Of a DNA stretch of 60,000 nt, positions 59,594-60,000 are shown piece by piece (position 1 is the stretch's first letter; every line of letters starts with the position of its first letter). Location of the stretch: positions 7,380,001-7,440,000 of the forward strand of contig CM119372.1 in assembly GCA_051294905.1 (NCBI GenBank), written 5' to 3'. Position numbers and translations under genes: made by a program. The stretch comes from Botryllus schlosseri. Taxonomy: Eukaryota. Below the pieces are notes generated by a model, which was not told where the DNA came from, did no database searches, and saw only the letters and a list, made by a program, of their open reading frames with translations.

Positions 59594-60000
59594 CGTAACT
59601 GCCGCACCCCAAACCCCCAATTGGGGGGGGCCGAGCTCGAAGGGGGCCCAAAATTATTTCGTGAATTAGCATAAATCATAGAATATTTTTTGAAAATTTA
59701 TGCAATTTTTTCAAAATTTTTTCGCGCTGCGCGCGAATTCAAGTAGCCTTTTATCTATATTATTGGGTATTGGCCATTACCGCGCCACCACCCACCAATA
59801 CATACAATCAAGACATGAGACTCCAAGAAGTGTGCCAGAACGATCGGCAGCGAGAAAAGCTTGGCCGAAAAGGTCTACGCCCTTATGCAGACCGAAGACT
59901 TCATTATATATACAAAATACATATAGGTTTAATTGTCCATAGGCTCCTAAATGACTGGCGCCGAATGTTCCTGTCTTTGCAATCTGAACCTCACAAGACA
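59594..60000 (+). repeat. Copy of the internal module of the 7333-11063 element family
   Basis: Collinear similarity to 7501-7650, 9665-9790 and 10145-10222. Confidence 0.8.

Overview
Eukaryotic, intron-rich, transposon-dense DNA from a marine invertebrate. A tunicate/ascidian is my guess, based on ~60-nt minimal introns and dense hAT MITEs; the species cannot be identified from the window. The main feature is a complete minus-strand La-related protein 4 (LARP4/4B-like) gene. I reconstructed 22 phase-consistent GT-AG coding exons from 50586 to 16368 (2814 nt, about 937 aa) with a La motif, an RRM, FPPLP and LSYAE motifs, and a C-terminal RGG tract. A divergent unidentified gene starts near 53.2 kb on the + strand, and two convergent candidate terminal exon sets lie at 2.3-3.6 kb. 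Most non-coding DNA is hAT-family elements with readable 8-bp TSDs, often nested. There are also two decayed transposase relics, a young 5'-truncated CR1/L2-group LINE and a minisatellite. The most notable non-genic signal is a Penelope-like fold-back insertion (9817-10125, 12-bp TSD) carrying two intact minimal type I hammerhead ribozyme motifs. Two mutated relatives of it lie in sense orientation inside LARP4 introns. All calls were made by eye; no searches were run.
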